Source of the DNA: Nitrospira sp.
Lineage (GTDB): Bacteria; Nitrospirota; Nitrospiria; Nitrospirales; Nitrospiraceae
Direction of reading: 5' to 3'
DNA: 64,000 nucleotides
Assembly (NCBI GenBank): GCA_013140455.1
Contig: JABFSU010000084.1
Location: 2,163-66,162 of the forward strand
Made by a program: the position numbers and the translations under genes. The notes under the pieces were generated by a model, which had not been told where the DNA came from, ran no database searches, and worked only from the letters and a program-made list of their open reading frames with translations. This document shows, piece by piece, positions 27,779-37,536 of the stretch (positions within the stretch are counted from its first letter, which is position 1; every line of letters begins with the position of its first letter).

Positions 27779-30286
27779 CTATAACCCAGATTCCTTGAGC
27801 ACTTGCCCCGTATAGGACCGCTTGGACTTGGCCACTTCGCGGGGCGGACCTTCGACGACAATTTCGCCGCCGCGATCGCCGCCCTCTGGACCAAGATCGA
27901 TGACCCAGTCGGCGTTCTTGATGACGTCGAGATTGTGCTCAATGACAAGGACGGTATTGCCCGCTTCAACCAATCGATCCAACACATCGATCAGCCGCTG
28001 CACGTCGGCAAAATGGAGACCGGTGGTCGGCTCGTCGAGGATATACATCGTGCGTCCAGTCGGACGTTTCGAGAGTTCGCGCGACAGTTTCACGCGCTGA
28101 GCCTCGCCGCCGGAAAGCGTGGTGGCGGACTGGCCGAGCTTCACATAGTGCAACCCGACATCATGCAGCGTTTCCAGCTTCCGCTTGATGAACGGAATGT
28201 GCTCGAAGAATTCCCCCGCGTCGTCGACGGTCATGTTCAACACATCGGCGATGCTCTTGCCCTTATGCAAAATCTCCATCGTCTCACGGTTGTACCGCTG
28301 GCCCTTGCAGACCTCGCAGGTCACATAGACATCGGGCAGGAAATGCATCTCGATCTTGATCAGCCCGTCGCCCTGACAGGCTTCGCACCGCCCGCCCTTG
28401 ACGTTGAAACTGTACCGACCGGGCTTGTACCCGCGGACACGGGACTCGGGCAGATTGGAATAGAGATCCCGGATGAAACTGAACAGGCCGGTATAAGTGG
28501 CCGGATTGGAGCGCGGCGTCCGTCCGATCGGGGATTGATCGATGTCGATCACCTTATCGAGCGCATCCACGCCGCGCAGCTCCTTACAGCCGTCGATCTT
28601 GGGCTTCTTCTGATAGAGCATCTGCGACAGCGAATGGAACAGAACTTCGAGGACGAGCGTGCTCTTCCCTGAACCGGAGACGCCGGTCACACAGGTCAAC
28701 ATGCCCAGGGGAATCTTCGCCGTTACATTTTTGAGGTTGTGCTTCTGCGCGTTCACGACCGAGAGATAGCCCTTCGGTTTGCGCTCGCGCTGCGGCAGCG
28801 AGACCGTCTGAATGCCGCGCAGATACTGGCCGGTGATGGAATCTGGATTGCCCATCACTTCTTGCGGCGTACCCTGAGCGATGACATGGCCGCCCTGTGT
28901 GCCGGCGCCGGGCCCCATGTCGAGCAGGTGATCCGCCGCCATCATCGTTTCGGCGTCATGCTCCACGACCACCACGGTGTTACCCAGATCGCGAAGCCGC
29001 AACAGTGTCTGCAACAGGCGCCGGTTGTCCCGCTGGTGCAACCCGATCGACGGCTCATCGAGAATGTAGAGGACGCCGACGAGGCCCGACCCGATCTGTG
29101 TCGCCAGGCGGATCCGCTGCCCTTCGCCGCCGGACAGCGTGGCAGCCGCCCGATCCAGCGTCAGATAGTCCAGCCCCACATTCACCAGAAAGCCGAGCCG
29201 CTCGCGAATCTCTTTCAGAATGCGATGCGCGATGACCAGCTCACGATCGGTAAACTTCAGCGAAACAAAAAACTCCGCCGCCGCCCGGATCGACAGACTC
29301 GTGACCTCGGCAATGGATTTCTTCTCCAACTTGATTGCGAGACTTTCCGGCTTGAGCCTGGCGCCCTGGCAGACCTCGCAGGCATCCAGTAATGTAAAGT
29401 CTTCTTCTTCGGGACAGCCGGGCGTCATAGCGTAGCCGATGCCGTCACAGGCGGGGCAGGCGCCGTGCGGGCTGTTGAAGGAAAAAATGCGCGGTTCGAC
29501 TTCCGGATAGCTCACGCCGCACTTGATGCAGGCCAGCTTGTCGCTGTAGAGCCGGGTCTTGCCGTTGTCGGTCAGGACCGCCACCAACCCACCGGTGAGT
29601 TTCAACGAGGTCTCGACCGAGTCGGCCAGACGCCGCATCAGCGCATCCCCCGCCTTCATCACGAGGCGATCGACGATGATTTCAATCGTATGTTTCTTTT
29701 GTTTATCGAGAACGATGTCCTCGCCGAGGTCGACGATCTCGCCGTTTACCCGCGCTCGTACATAGCCGGCCTTGCGCATCTCCAGCAGTTCTTTGCGGTA
29801 TTCCCCTTTGCGCCCCCGGACAATCGGAGCCAGAATCTGAAATTTACTTCCCTCCGGGAGTCCCGCAATCGCATCCACCATCTGCTGCACCGTCTGCGCG
29901 GCGATTTCTTCTCCGCACTGGAAACAGTAGGGCCGTCCGACCCGCGCAAACAACAACCGCAGATAGTCGTAAATCTCCGTGACCGTCCCAACGGTGGAGC
30001 GGGGGTTGTGACTGGTGCTCTTCTGTTCGATGGAAATCGCAGGCGACAAGCCTTCGATGGAATCGACATCGGGCTTGCCCATCTGCTCCAGAAACTGCCG
30101 GGCATAGGCCGACAGCGATTCGACATAGCGCCGCTGCCCTTCGGCATATATGGTGTCGAACGCCAGTGAAGACTTGCCCGATCCGCTCAAGCCGGTGATG
30201 ACGACCAGCTTGTCGCGTGGAATGACGACATCAATGTTTTTGAGATTGTGTTCGCGGGCGCCTTTTATGGTGATCGTATTGCTCAT
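27779..30286 (-). CDS. uvrA: UvrA excinuclease ABC subunit A (835 aa, short form lacking the insertion domain)
   Basis: [54 protein letters not shown], two ABC modules ([24 protein letters not shown]) and zinc CxxC pairs are all present. See the finding on the missing domain. Confidence 0.95.
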   Translation of the reverse strand: MSNTITIKGAREHNLKNIDVVIPRDKLVVITGLSGSGKSSLAFDTIYAEGQRRYVESLSAYARQFLEQMGKPDVDSIEGLSPAISIEQKSTSHNPRSTVGTVTEIYDYLRLLFARVGRPYCFQCGEEIAAQTVQQMVDAIAGLPEGSKFQILAPIVRGRKGEYRKELLEMRKAGYVRARVNGEIVDLGEDIVLDKQKKHTIEIIVDRLVMKAGDALMRRLADSVETSLKLTGGLVAVLTDNGKTRLYSDKLACIKCGVSYPEVEPRIFSFNSPHGACPACDGIGYAMTPGCPEEEDFTLLDACEVCQGARLKPESLAIKLEKKSIAEVTSLSIRAAAEFFVSLKFTDRELVIAHRILKEIRERLGFLVNVGLDYLTLDRAAATLSGGEGQRIRLATQIGSGLVGVLYILDEPSIGLHQRDNRRLLQTLLRLRDLGNTVVVVEHDAETMMAADHLLDMGPGAGTQGGHVIAQGTPQEVMGNPDSITGQYLRGIQTVSLPQRERKPKGYLSVVNAQKHNLKNVTAKIPLGMLTCVTGVSGSGKSTLVLEVLFHSLSQMLYQKKPKIDGCKELRGVDALDKVIDIDQSPIGRTPRSNPATYTGLFSFIRDLYSNLPESRVRGYKPGRYSFNVKGGRCEACQGDGLIKIEMHFLPDVYVTCEVCKGQRYNRETMEILHKGKSIADVLNMTVDDAGEFFEHIPFIKRKLETLHDVGLHYVKLGQSATTLSGGEAQRVKLSRELSKRPTGRTMYILDEPTTGLHFADVQRLIDVLDRLVEAGNTVLVIEHNLDVIKNADWVIDLGPEGGDRGGEIVVEGPPREVAKSKRSYTGQVLKESGL

Positions 30287-30295
30287 AGACGCGGG

Positions 30296-30304
30296 ATTAT
30301 ACCA
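30296..30304 (-). promoter_or_regulatory. Candidate extended -10 element (TGGTATAAT) for uvrA, implying a near-leaderless mRNA
   Basis: The minus strand reads CCATGGTATAATcccgcgtctATG. There are only 9 nt between the -10 element and the start codon, and no Shine-Dalgarno sequence. Confidence 0.3.
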
Positions 30305-30357
30305 TGGCCGTCCTGTTGCCTTGACAAAGTCTGAAAGCAGGTGCTACCACGGCTGCC

Positions 30358-31134
30358 ATGGTACAAACGCGACAGCCCTCTGCTTCATCCGGCACCCAGG
30401 CCCCCGCGCAGGCGGTGTCGACCTGGTCCGGACCGGCGCGCGAACAGGCTGTGCAGCGGATGTTCACCGCGATTGCGGGCGTCTACGACCTGAACAACAC
30501 ACTCCTCAGCTTCGGACTCCATTACCGCTGGAAAAAGATTACGGCGTCGTTCGTCCCGCAAGTCGAAGAGGGAACGGCGCTCGATGTGGGCGCCGGCACG
30601 GCCGACCTGGCCCTGTTGGTCGAACCCCGCATGGGGACCAACGGCCGCGTCGTCGCGTCCGATCTCAATCACGCGATGCTCGCCGAAGGGCTCAAGAAGG
30701 TGGACCTCAACGGTCGCACGGGCAAAATCGCCTGCCTGCAAGCCAATGCGGAACATCTCGGATTCACGGACAACACGTTCGATGCAGTGACGACCGGCTT
30801 TTGCATGCGGAATGTCGGGAACCTCCCGCAAGCGGTCGGAGAGATTCGCCGCGTAATGAAACCGGGCGGCACGTTTGTCTGTCTGGAGTTCTCCCGACCG
30901 GTCTTCGGCTGGCTGCGCGCGCTCTATGATTGGTATTCGTTTAAATTGCTGCCCTGGATCGGAACGAAGGTCGCGCGGGATACCACCGGCGTCTATGAGT
31001 ATCTGCCCGCCTCGATCCGCACGTTCCCCGATCAAGAGCGGCTCTGCCAGGTCCTGCGCGAGGCCGGCTTCCGCCAGGTGTCCTATAAGAACCTGACCGG
31101 CGGCATTGTGGCGATCCATGTGGCGGTGAAATAA
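30358..31134 (+). CDS. ubiE: Demethylmenaquinone / ubiquinone C-methyltransferase (UbiE/MenG family)
   Basis: RMFTAIAGVYDLNNTLLSFGLHYRWKK, the SAM motif LDVGAGTADLA and FCMRNV are all present. Confidence 0.85.
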   Translation: MVQTRQPSASSGTQAPAQAVSTWSGPAREQAVQRMFTAIAGVYDLNNTLLSFGLHYRWKKITASFVPQVEEGTALDVGAGTADLALLVEPRMGTNGRVVASDLNHAMLAEGLKKVDLNGRTGKIACLQANAEHLGFTDNTFDAVTTGFCMRNVGNLPQAVGEIRRVMKPGGTFVCLEFSRPVFGWLRALYDWYSFKLLPWIGTKVARDTTGVYEYLPASIRTFPDQERLCQVLREAGFRQVSYKNLTGGIVAIHVAVK

Positions 31135-31138
31135 GCAC

Positions 31139-32782
31139 ATGAATTCCGTTCTCTACGTTTTTCTGCCCTGTAAGAAGGTCTACCCGATCGGGATCACCTA
31201 TCTGGCTGACTTCATTCACCGCCGCCAACCGGACGTGCGCCAGCAGATCCTCGACCTGTCGCTCTTTCCCGTTTCGCAGCGCAGCCAGGCCCTTCGCGAT
31301 GCGGCGACCGCCTTTAAGCCGGACCTGGTCTGTTTCTCCTGGCGGGACATTCAGATTTTCTCGCCCCACGAGGGCGATTCGTCGCTGGAGCATGCGTTTA
31401 ATTTTTATTTCGCCAGCAATCCGCTCAAGCGCGTGGTGGCCTCGTTCGCGGGCGTGCAGCAGCTCTATCGCTATTACAGCCACATCTATAAGATTCTGTC
31501 GTATCCCTGGCTGATCCGGAAAGAGTTCTCCAAGGCGCAGATCATGATCGGGGGTGGAGCCTTTACAGCCTTTGCCGACCAGCTCATCGAGAAATTGCCG
31601 GAGGGGACGATCGGCCTGCTCGGCGAAGGTGAAGATGCGATCCTGAAAGTGATCGAAGGGCGTTCGATTGAAGACGAGCGCTATATCATTAAAGAAGGCG
31701 GAAAAGTCCGGAAAGGCCAGCAGGGCTCACCGGCGCTGCTTGATGCCTTGACGGTCGACCTTCCTTATCTGACGTCGATTTTCCCTCAGCATCGCGAATT
31801 TATCGGCGAATCCATCGGTGTGCAGACCAAGCGGGGCTGTCCCTACGACTGCGCCTTCTGCCTGTACCCCTATATCGAAGGAAAGCGGGTCCGCTATCGA
31901 CCTCCCTCCATGGTCGTGAAAGATATATCCCAGCATTATCACCAGTGGGGCGCGCGGCGATTCTGGTTTACCGATGCGCAGTTCATTACCGGGAAAGAAG
32001 CCTATCCGCAATGCACGGAGATTCTGGAACGAATTGTCAGTGAAAAGCTGGAGATCGAATGGTCCGGCTATATCCGCACCTCTCTCATTACGCCCGAGCT
32101 GGCGAAGCTGATGGTCCGGTCCGGTGTCGGAGACCTTGAAGTGGCCATCACGTCCGGCTCTCAGGAGGTGCTGAACAACCTCCACATGGGGTTTAAGCTC
32201 GAGCGCCTCTATGATGGGTGCCGCTACCTGGCCGAAGCCGGATTCAAGGGCAAAGTTATCCTGAACTATTCGCTCAACTCCCCCAAGGAGACGGAAGAGA
32301 CGCTTTTACAAAGCGTGGAATCCTATAAGATCGTGGCCTCGATCCTGGGAGAGGAACGGGTATTCCCCCTGATGTTCTTCCTGGGCATCCAGCCGAATAC
32401 CGACCTTGAACAGCGCTTGCTCGAAGAAGGCTACCTGTCGGCCGGCTATAACCCCTTGATGCTCACCCCGACCAGCATCCGGAAGCTGCTCTATAACCCG
32501 GCCCCTCTCAACAGCTTCATTGCCAAAGCCTGCCTGAAGGCATGGGAAAGGAAGGAAGGCAGTCGCGATCCCAGGAAATGGACCGGCTCCCTTTCCCAAA
32601 CAGCTTCCGCCGACAACACGGGTCAATCCGGCCAATACGCCGACAAGAGCCTGCTCAAAGGGATCGAAGGGAACTCCGGCCGGGATGCTTTGCTCTCACT
32701 GGAAGAAATTCTCCGGTCCCGCAAAGCTCAGTCGGCTTCTGTCGCCTCCGACCCCAAATCAATGGCAACACCCGCGCCCTGA
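31139..32782 (+). CDS. B12-binding-domain radical SAM protein (class B, BchE-like architecture)
   Basis: The N-terminal Rossmann-like region reads LYVFLPCKKVYPIGITYLADF...LVCFSWRD. The radical SAM cluster motif is KRGCPYDCAFCLYP (CxxxCxxC). The gene starts 4 nt after the ubiE stop. Confidence 0.8.
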   Translation: MNSVLYVFLPCKKVYPIGITYLADFIHRRQPDVRQQILDLSLFPVSQRSQALRDAATAFKPDLVCFSWRDIQIFSPHEGDSSLEHAFNFYFASNPLKRVVASFAGVQQLYRYYSHIYKILSYPWLIRKEFSKAQIMIGGGAFTAFADQLIEKLPEGTIGLLGEGEDAILKVIEGRSIEDERYIIKEGGKVRKGQQGSPALLDALTVDLPYLTSIFPQHREFIGESIGVQTKRGCPYDCAFCLYPYIEGKRVRYRPPSMVVKDISQHYHQWGARRFWFTDAQFITGKEAYPQCTEILERIVSEKLEIEWSGYIRTSLITPELAKLMVRSGVGDLEVAITSGSQEVLNNLHMGFKLERLYDGCRYLAEAGFKGKVILNYSLNSPKETEETLLQSVESYKIVASILGEERVFPLMFFLGIQPNTDLEQRLLEEGYLSAGYNPLMLTPTSIRKLLYNPAPLNSFIAKACLKAWERKEGSRDPRKWTGSLSQTASADNTGQSGQYADKSLLKGIEGNSGRDALLSLEEILRSRKAQSASVASDPKSMATPAP

Positions 32783-32951
32783 GTGCACCGTCCTTAAAGC
32801 CATTGACTCTCGATCCTCACCTTGCATTCCAGAACTGGCCAATGCTATCATCCGACCTCTTTTATGCCGGTGACCTTCGTCAACCGTTTGGTTTTTCTGA
32901 CAATTATGACGGTCACCCCCGGCAAGAAGTGCCCCTGGAGGAGGCGTCTCG

Positions 32952-35057
32952 ATGTATAAGACCATCTATATCCCGGTCGATAATTCCGACCATTCCAATA
33001 CAGCGGTCGACGTGGGCGTCGAGTTCGCGAAGACCTTTGGCTCCAAGATTGTCGGCAGCCACGTGTACGCGGCGAAGATGCACGACAAGCGCTTCAAGCA
33101 AATGGAAGCGGGACTGCCTGAGGAATATCACGATGAAAAGGAACTGGACCGCCAGCGGCAGATCCACGATTCGCTGATTACGCGCGGGCTTCAGATCATT
33201 ACGGACTCCTATCTCGACTACGTCGACAAGAAGTGCAACGAGTCCAACCTCCCGATCGAGCGGAAATCCCTTGAGGGGCGTAATTGGAAGGTGCTCGTCG
33301 AAGATATCAATACCAACGCCTACGATCTGGTCATCATGGGTGCCCTGGGCGTCGGCGCCGTAAAGGATAGCGTGATCGGGAGCAATACCGAGCGCGTGAT
33401 CCGCCGCATCCGCAACTCAGACATGTTCATCATCAAGAACACCGAGCCGATGAACAACGGCAAGATCGTGGTGGCCGTCGACGGCAGCCCCTACTCTTTC
33501 GGCGGATTGATGACAGGCCTGGCCCTCGGCAAGGCCTTCAATCGTCCGGTCGAAGCCATTGCGGCGTTCGATCCCTATTTCCACTATGCCGCCTTCCACA
33601 GCATCTCTGGCGTATTGAACGAAGAAGCCGGTAAGGTCTTCCGCTTTAAAGAACAGGAAAAGCTCCACGAAGAAATCATCGACAGCGGCCTGGCCAAGAT
33701 CTACCAGTCGCACCTCGATATTTCCCGTGAAATTGCCCAGGCCGAGAAAACCGATGTCAAGACGACGCTGCTCGACGGCAAAGCCTTTGAAAAAATTATC
33801 CAGTATGTCCGCAAAGATGTCCCGTGGCTGTTGATTGTCGGCCGCATCGGCGTCCATAGCGATGAAGACATGGATATCGGCAGCAACACCGAGAATCTCT
33901 TGCGCAGCGCCCCGTGCAACGTCCTGGTGTCCAATCGCAAGTACGTGCCGCCGATCGATACGCAGGCCGAGTACACCATCGCCTGGACGGAAGAGTCCCT
34001 CCGCCGTATGGAAAAGATTCCGATCTTCGCCCGCGGCGTCGCCAAGACGGCCATTCACCGTTACGCGATCGAAAAGGGCCACACGATCATCAGCAACACC
34101 GTGATTGATGCCGCAGTCGGCCATATTCTTCCCAAAGGCGCAATGGATGCCATGCGCGCATTGGGCGGCAATCTTGAAGCGGCCGGAATCGATCGTGACA
34201 AGATGCAGGCGGATGATTCGGTCGCCAAGGACCTCATGGGGAACACCCTGAGCGGCATGATGACCGGCATCGTGGAAGAAAAGCCAAAGAACTCAGTTGG
34301 GACCCAGGCCTATCTCGACCGCATGAGCCAGAATTACTTCGTCTGCGACGGTTGCGGATACATCGGGAAGGGCGACACGCCGGTGAAATGCCCGGTCTGC
34401 TCCGCCGACGGCGACAAGTTCAAGCTCGTCGATAAGCAGATTTTCGAAGCGGCCGCCAAAGCCGAAGGCGAACTGGAAACCGATCTGGCCTATGACGACG
34501 TCCCCATGCAATGGACCAAGGACGCCAAGGAAGCGATCCGGGCGGTTCCCGCCGGCTTCCAGCGCCGCCGCGCCAAAGCCAGAATCGAAAAGAGCGCCAG
34601 AAAGCTCGGCATGACGACGATTACACTCGAATACGCCGCCCCCACGATCAAGGAAGCGGCCGACGAAGATTATCAGCCGATTTTCGCCAACAAGGGCACC
34701 GGCACCGCGCCGGCCGCTGAGGTCAAGCTCGCCACAACGACCACTAATGGTACGAATGGCACGAACGGCGAGCATGCGAACGGTAACGGCGCCGCCAAAC
34801 CGGAAGAAACCTCTCCGTTTACCTGGAGCGCTGATGCCCAGGCTCGGCTGGAGCGGGCTCCGGAAGGTTTCATGCGCGATTGCACCAAGGCATTGATCGA
34901 GAAGCACGCGGAGAAGATCGGAGCGACCCTCATCACGGCTGAAGTGGCCAATGAAGGCATCGAACAGGCCAAGGGTTATATGGCCGATGCGATGAAGACG
35001 GGCAATCTGAAGGATATGATTGCCAATCTGACCGGTTCGAAGTCCGGGGCCAACTGA
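32952..35057 (+). CDS. Multidomain protein: two USP domains, three PCP_red-like modules and a rubredoxin-like zinc ribbon
   Basis: USP-like segments are IYIPVDNSDHS...VIMGALGVG...GSNTERV and IVVAVDGSPYS...LLIVGRIGV...GSNTENL. The zinc ribbon is CDGCGY...CPVCS. Three roughly 50-aa modules begin at WTEESLRRMEKIPIFARG, WTKDAKEAIRAVPAGFQR and WSADAQARLERAPEGFMR. Confidence 0.75.
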   Translation: MYKTIYIPVDNSDHSNTAVDVGVEFAKTFGSKIVGSHVYAAKMHDKRFKQMEAGLPEEYHDEKELDRQRQIHDSLITRGLQIITDSYLDYVDKKCNESNLPIERKSLEGRNWKVLVEDINTNAYDLVIMGALGVGAVKDSVIGSNTERVIRRIRNSDMFIIKNTEPMNNGKIVVAVDGSPYSFGGLMTGLALGKAFNRPVEAIAAFDPYFHYAAFHSISGVLNEEAGKVFRFKEQEKLHEEIIDSGLAKIYQSHLDISREIAQAEKTDVKTTLLDGKAFEKIIQYVRKDVPWLLIVGRIGVHSDEDMDIGSNTENLLRSAPCNVLVSNRKYVPPIDTQAEYTIAWTEESLRRMEKIPIFARGVAKTAIHRYAIEKGHTIISNTVIDAAVGHILPKGAMDAMRALGGNLEAAGIDRDKMQADDSVAKDLMGNTLSGMMTGIVEEKPKNSVGTQAYLDRMSQNYFVCDGCGYIGKGDTPVKCPVCSADGDKFKLVDKQIFEAAAKAEGELETDLAYDDVPMQWTKDAKEAIRAVPAGFQRRRAKARIEKSARKLGMTTITLEYAAPTIKEAADEDYQPIFANKGTGTAPAAEVKLATTTTNGTNGTNGEHANGNGAAKPEETSPFTWSADAQARLERAPEGFMRDCTKALIEKHAEKIGATLITAEVANEGIEQAKGYMADAMKTGNLKDMIANLTGSKSGAN

Positions 35058-36460
35058 TGGGTAAATCGCTCCCGATGCTGAGCCTCCCCTCGTTGCAGGG
35101 AGCGCTCGGGTCGCTTCAACAGCAGATCACGCAGTTCATGACCCCAGGGCCGAAGGGTGAGGGAGTGCATGACGGCCGGACCGTCGATGACTTCAAGCCT
35201 TATCTCGTTGCGCTCAATCTGACGAAGCGCTGCAATCTGAAGTGCGATCATTGCTACCTTGACGCCACCACCAAATCAGCCGGCGGCGACGACGAGCTTT
35301 CGACTGAAGAGTGCTACACACTTATCGATCAAATTGCTGAGGTCAACAAGGGCTGCCTCCTGGTCATTACCGGTGGAGAGCCGCTGGTCCGTCCCGACAT
35401 TCTCGACATCGCCCGTCATGCGGTGAAGCTCGGCTTCATGGTGGTCTTCGGGACCAACGGCATGCTCATCAACGACCAGATGGCCAAGGCCCTCGTCGAG
35501 ATCGGCGTCATGGGCGTCGGCATCAGCATCGATTCGCTCGATGCCGCCAAACACAATTCTTTCCGTGGCGTCCCGGGAGCCTGGGAAGCCGCCGTCGCCG
35601 GCATTGAAGCCAGCAAACGGAACGGCCTTCAATTCCAGGTCCATTTCAGCGCGCAGCCGATGAACTACCAGGAGCTGCCTGCGGTCATTGAGTGGTCGCA
35701 TCAACTCGGTGCGCGAGTCCTCAATGTCTTCTTCATGGTCTGCACGGGCCGCGGCGAAGAACTCACGGACATCACGCCGGCGCAGTATGAGGAAGTGTTG
35801 GGCTATCTGGTCAATTGCCAGGACAATTACAAGGGCATGCTGGTCCGCGCCCGTTGCGCTCCTCACTTCAAGCGATTGGCGTATGAGAAGGATCCCAACT
35901 CCCCCATCACGAAAGCCACCGGCTACATGGGCGGCGGCTGCCTCGCCGGCACGAACTACGCACGTGTGACGCCGAACGGCGAATTGACGCCCTGTCCGTA
36001 TATGCCGCTTTCTGCCGGCAATATCCGCCAGAACAGCTTCGTCGATCTGTGGGAAAAATCGGACGTGTTCAATTCTTTCCGCTACCCGCAGCTCAAGGGG
36101 AAATGCGGCGACTGCGAATATACCGATATCTGCGGTGGCTGCCGCGCCCGTCCCTACGTGGATCACGGCGACTGGCTGGACGAAGACGAATGGTGCCTCT
36201 ACACGCCTAAGGGCGGAGAAAAGATTAAAGTCGCCTTCAACGTCGCGGAAGAATCTGCAATCCCCTGGGACGAGGCATCCGAGCTGCGCTTGAGCCGCAT
36301 CCCCTATTTTCTCCGCGCGATGGTCAAGAAGGGTGTCGAGAAGCACGCCCGAGAGAATCACGTTCCTCTGATCACTATCGAGCTGATGGAAGAGCTGAGG
36401 AAAAAGCGATTCGGCAACGACGCACCCGTCTTCAATTTCGATATGAAGGGTAAGGAGTGA
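35057..36460 (+). CDS. Radical SAM/SPASM-domain protein (NirJ/AhbD-like) with a C-terminal PCP_red-like module
   Basis: It carries LTKRCNLKCDHCYLD (CxxxCxxC), the SPASM-type Cys cluster CGDCEYTDICGGCRARPY, and the C-terminal module IPWDEASELRLSRIPYFLRAMVKKGVEKHARENHVPLITIE. The ATG overlaps the upstream stop by 1 nt. Confidence 0.8.
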   Translation: MGKSLPMLSLPSLQGALGSLQQQITQFMTPGPKGEGVHDGRTVDDFKPYLVALNLTKRCNLKCDHCYLDATTKSAGGDDELSTEECYTLIDQIAEVNKGCLLVITGGEPLVRPDILDIARHAVKLGFMVVFGTNGMLINDQMAKALVEIGVMGVGISIDSLDAAKHNSFRGVPGAWEAAVAGIEASKRNGLQFQVHFSAQPMNYQELPAVIEWSHQLGARVLNVFFMVCTGRGEELTDITPAQYEEVLGYLVNCQDNYKGMLVRARCAPHFKRLAYEKDPNSPITKATGYMGGGCLAGTNYARVTPNGELTPCPYMPLSAGNIRQNSFVDLWEKSDVFNSFRYPQLKGKCGDCEYTDICGGCRARPYVDHGDWLDEDEWCLYTPKGGEKIKVAFNVAEESAIPWDEASELRLSRIPYFLRAMVKKGVEKHARENHVPLITIELMEELRKKRFGNDAPVFNFDMKGKE

Positions 36461-36466
36461 GGTCGT

Positions 36467-36490
36467 AACGCAGGCGATTTTCGCTGCGTT
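36467..36490 (+). other. Intra-operon hairpin between the radical SAM gene and the membrane-protein gene
   Basis: AACGCAG-G-CGA-TTT-TCG-CTGCGTT forms 10 bp with one bulge. There is no U-tract, so I do not call it a terminator. Confidence 0.3.
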
Positions 36491-36506
36491 CCCTCATGAA
36501 TGCTCT

Positions 36507-37016
36507 ATGGACGCCCTCCAAAGCATCGTCACTGATCTGAATACCCTGATTCCGATCATCAATCACTGGTTCCACCTGCTGTCCGCCATCATTTGGATCG
36601 GCGGGCTGGCATTTCTCGTGATGGCCGTGACGCCGGGCCTGAAGAAAGCCGTTGCCAAGGAACAGATCAAGCCCATCAGCGATGTGTTTTACCAGCACTA
36701 TAAGAAAATCGCCGGAATCCTCTTGGTGGTGCTCCTGTTCACCGGCGGGATCAATCTGCACTACGTCAATCAAGTGATGACCTCGCAGACACAACTGGGC
36801 ATCCAACACAATGCGAAGTATTTGACCATTTTCTTTATCAAGCTTGGCCTGGTCCTCTGCCTCCTCACCCTGTTTCTCTACACCGTCATCTTCAAGTCCG
36901 ACGATGAAGCCGAGGACGACGAAGACTATGAAGTCATCCCCTATCAACGTGCGGCTCTCTGGATGGGTTTTTTCATCGTTCTCTGCGCCGCAGCGATGAA
37001 ACATCTTCACCTATAA
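36507..37016 (+). CDS. Integral membrane protein (CopD-like four-helix protein)
   Basis: It has four hydrophobic segments, and HWFHLLSAIIWIGGLAFLVMAV resembles CopD-type proteins. An acidic loop (DDEAEDDEDYE) is present. GC is lower than in the neighbouring genes. Confidence 0.45.
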   Translation: MDALQSIVTDLNTLIPIINHWFHLLSAIIWIGGLAFLVMAVTPGLKKAVAKEQIKPISDVFYQHYKKIAGILLVVLLFTGGINLHYVNQVMTSQTQLGIQHNAKYLTIFFIKLGLVLCLLTLFLYTVIFKSDDEAEDDEDYEVIPYQRAALWMGFFIVLCAAAMKHLHL

Positions 37017-37438
37017 TTTCTTCGTCCTCCCTCTCACCTGCACGCTGTATCAAAGCCGATAGCGCTCGTACTGTTTCAGATACATTGATTCGCCGTCGAT
37101 TATTTCCTCTCGCCAGAATCATCGTCGCCTCAATTCTGCATCATAAGAAATCAACGATTTAGAACTCATTCGCTCGAATGAGTGACGCGATCCGCCTGGT
37201 ACGTCCATTGCTTTACCACCGGTTAATATTTGTTCTCCCATACGCACATTCGAGGAAAGGATCGTTCATTTTTACTATGACGACTTTTTCGTTCATCACT
37301 CCATTCGATCTGATATGGCATGGCACGACGCTGCCAGTTACGCACCTTGTCTCTGAGGGTTCCCCTCTGCAGGGTGATGCTGTTTTTGGATTGTGCCCAT
37401 CCAGAAGCACGCTGGTGCCTTCGTCCATGGCCATGAGC

Positions 37439-37464
37439 GCCGTGCCTCCGAAAGGAGGCACGGC
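37439..37464 (+). other. Perfect 11-bp stem with a GAAA tetraloop in a non-coding region
   Basis: The sequence is GCCGTGCCTCC-GAAA-GGAGGCACGGC. No clear U-tract follows on either strand. Confidence 0.5.
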
Positions 37465-37536
37465 CTATTGTGACCATTGTTTCAAACGGACTCGGTATGA
37501 GTCTTTACGTATCGCCTTCATCATGAAAGGACTGCC

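Noticed and set aside
34741-34790. An NGTNGTNGEHANGNG-encoding micro-repeat in the USP/PCP_red gene
   Set aside because: It is a short low-complexity linker within a CDS, not a DNA repeat array of independent significance.
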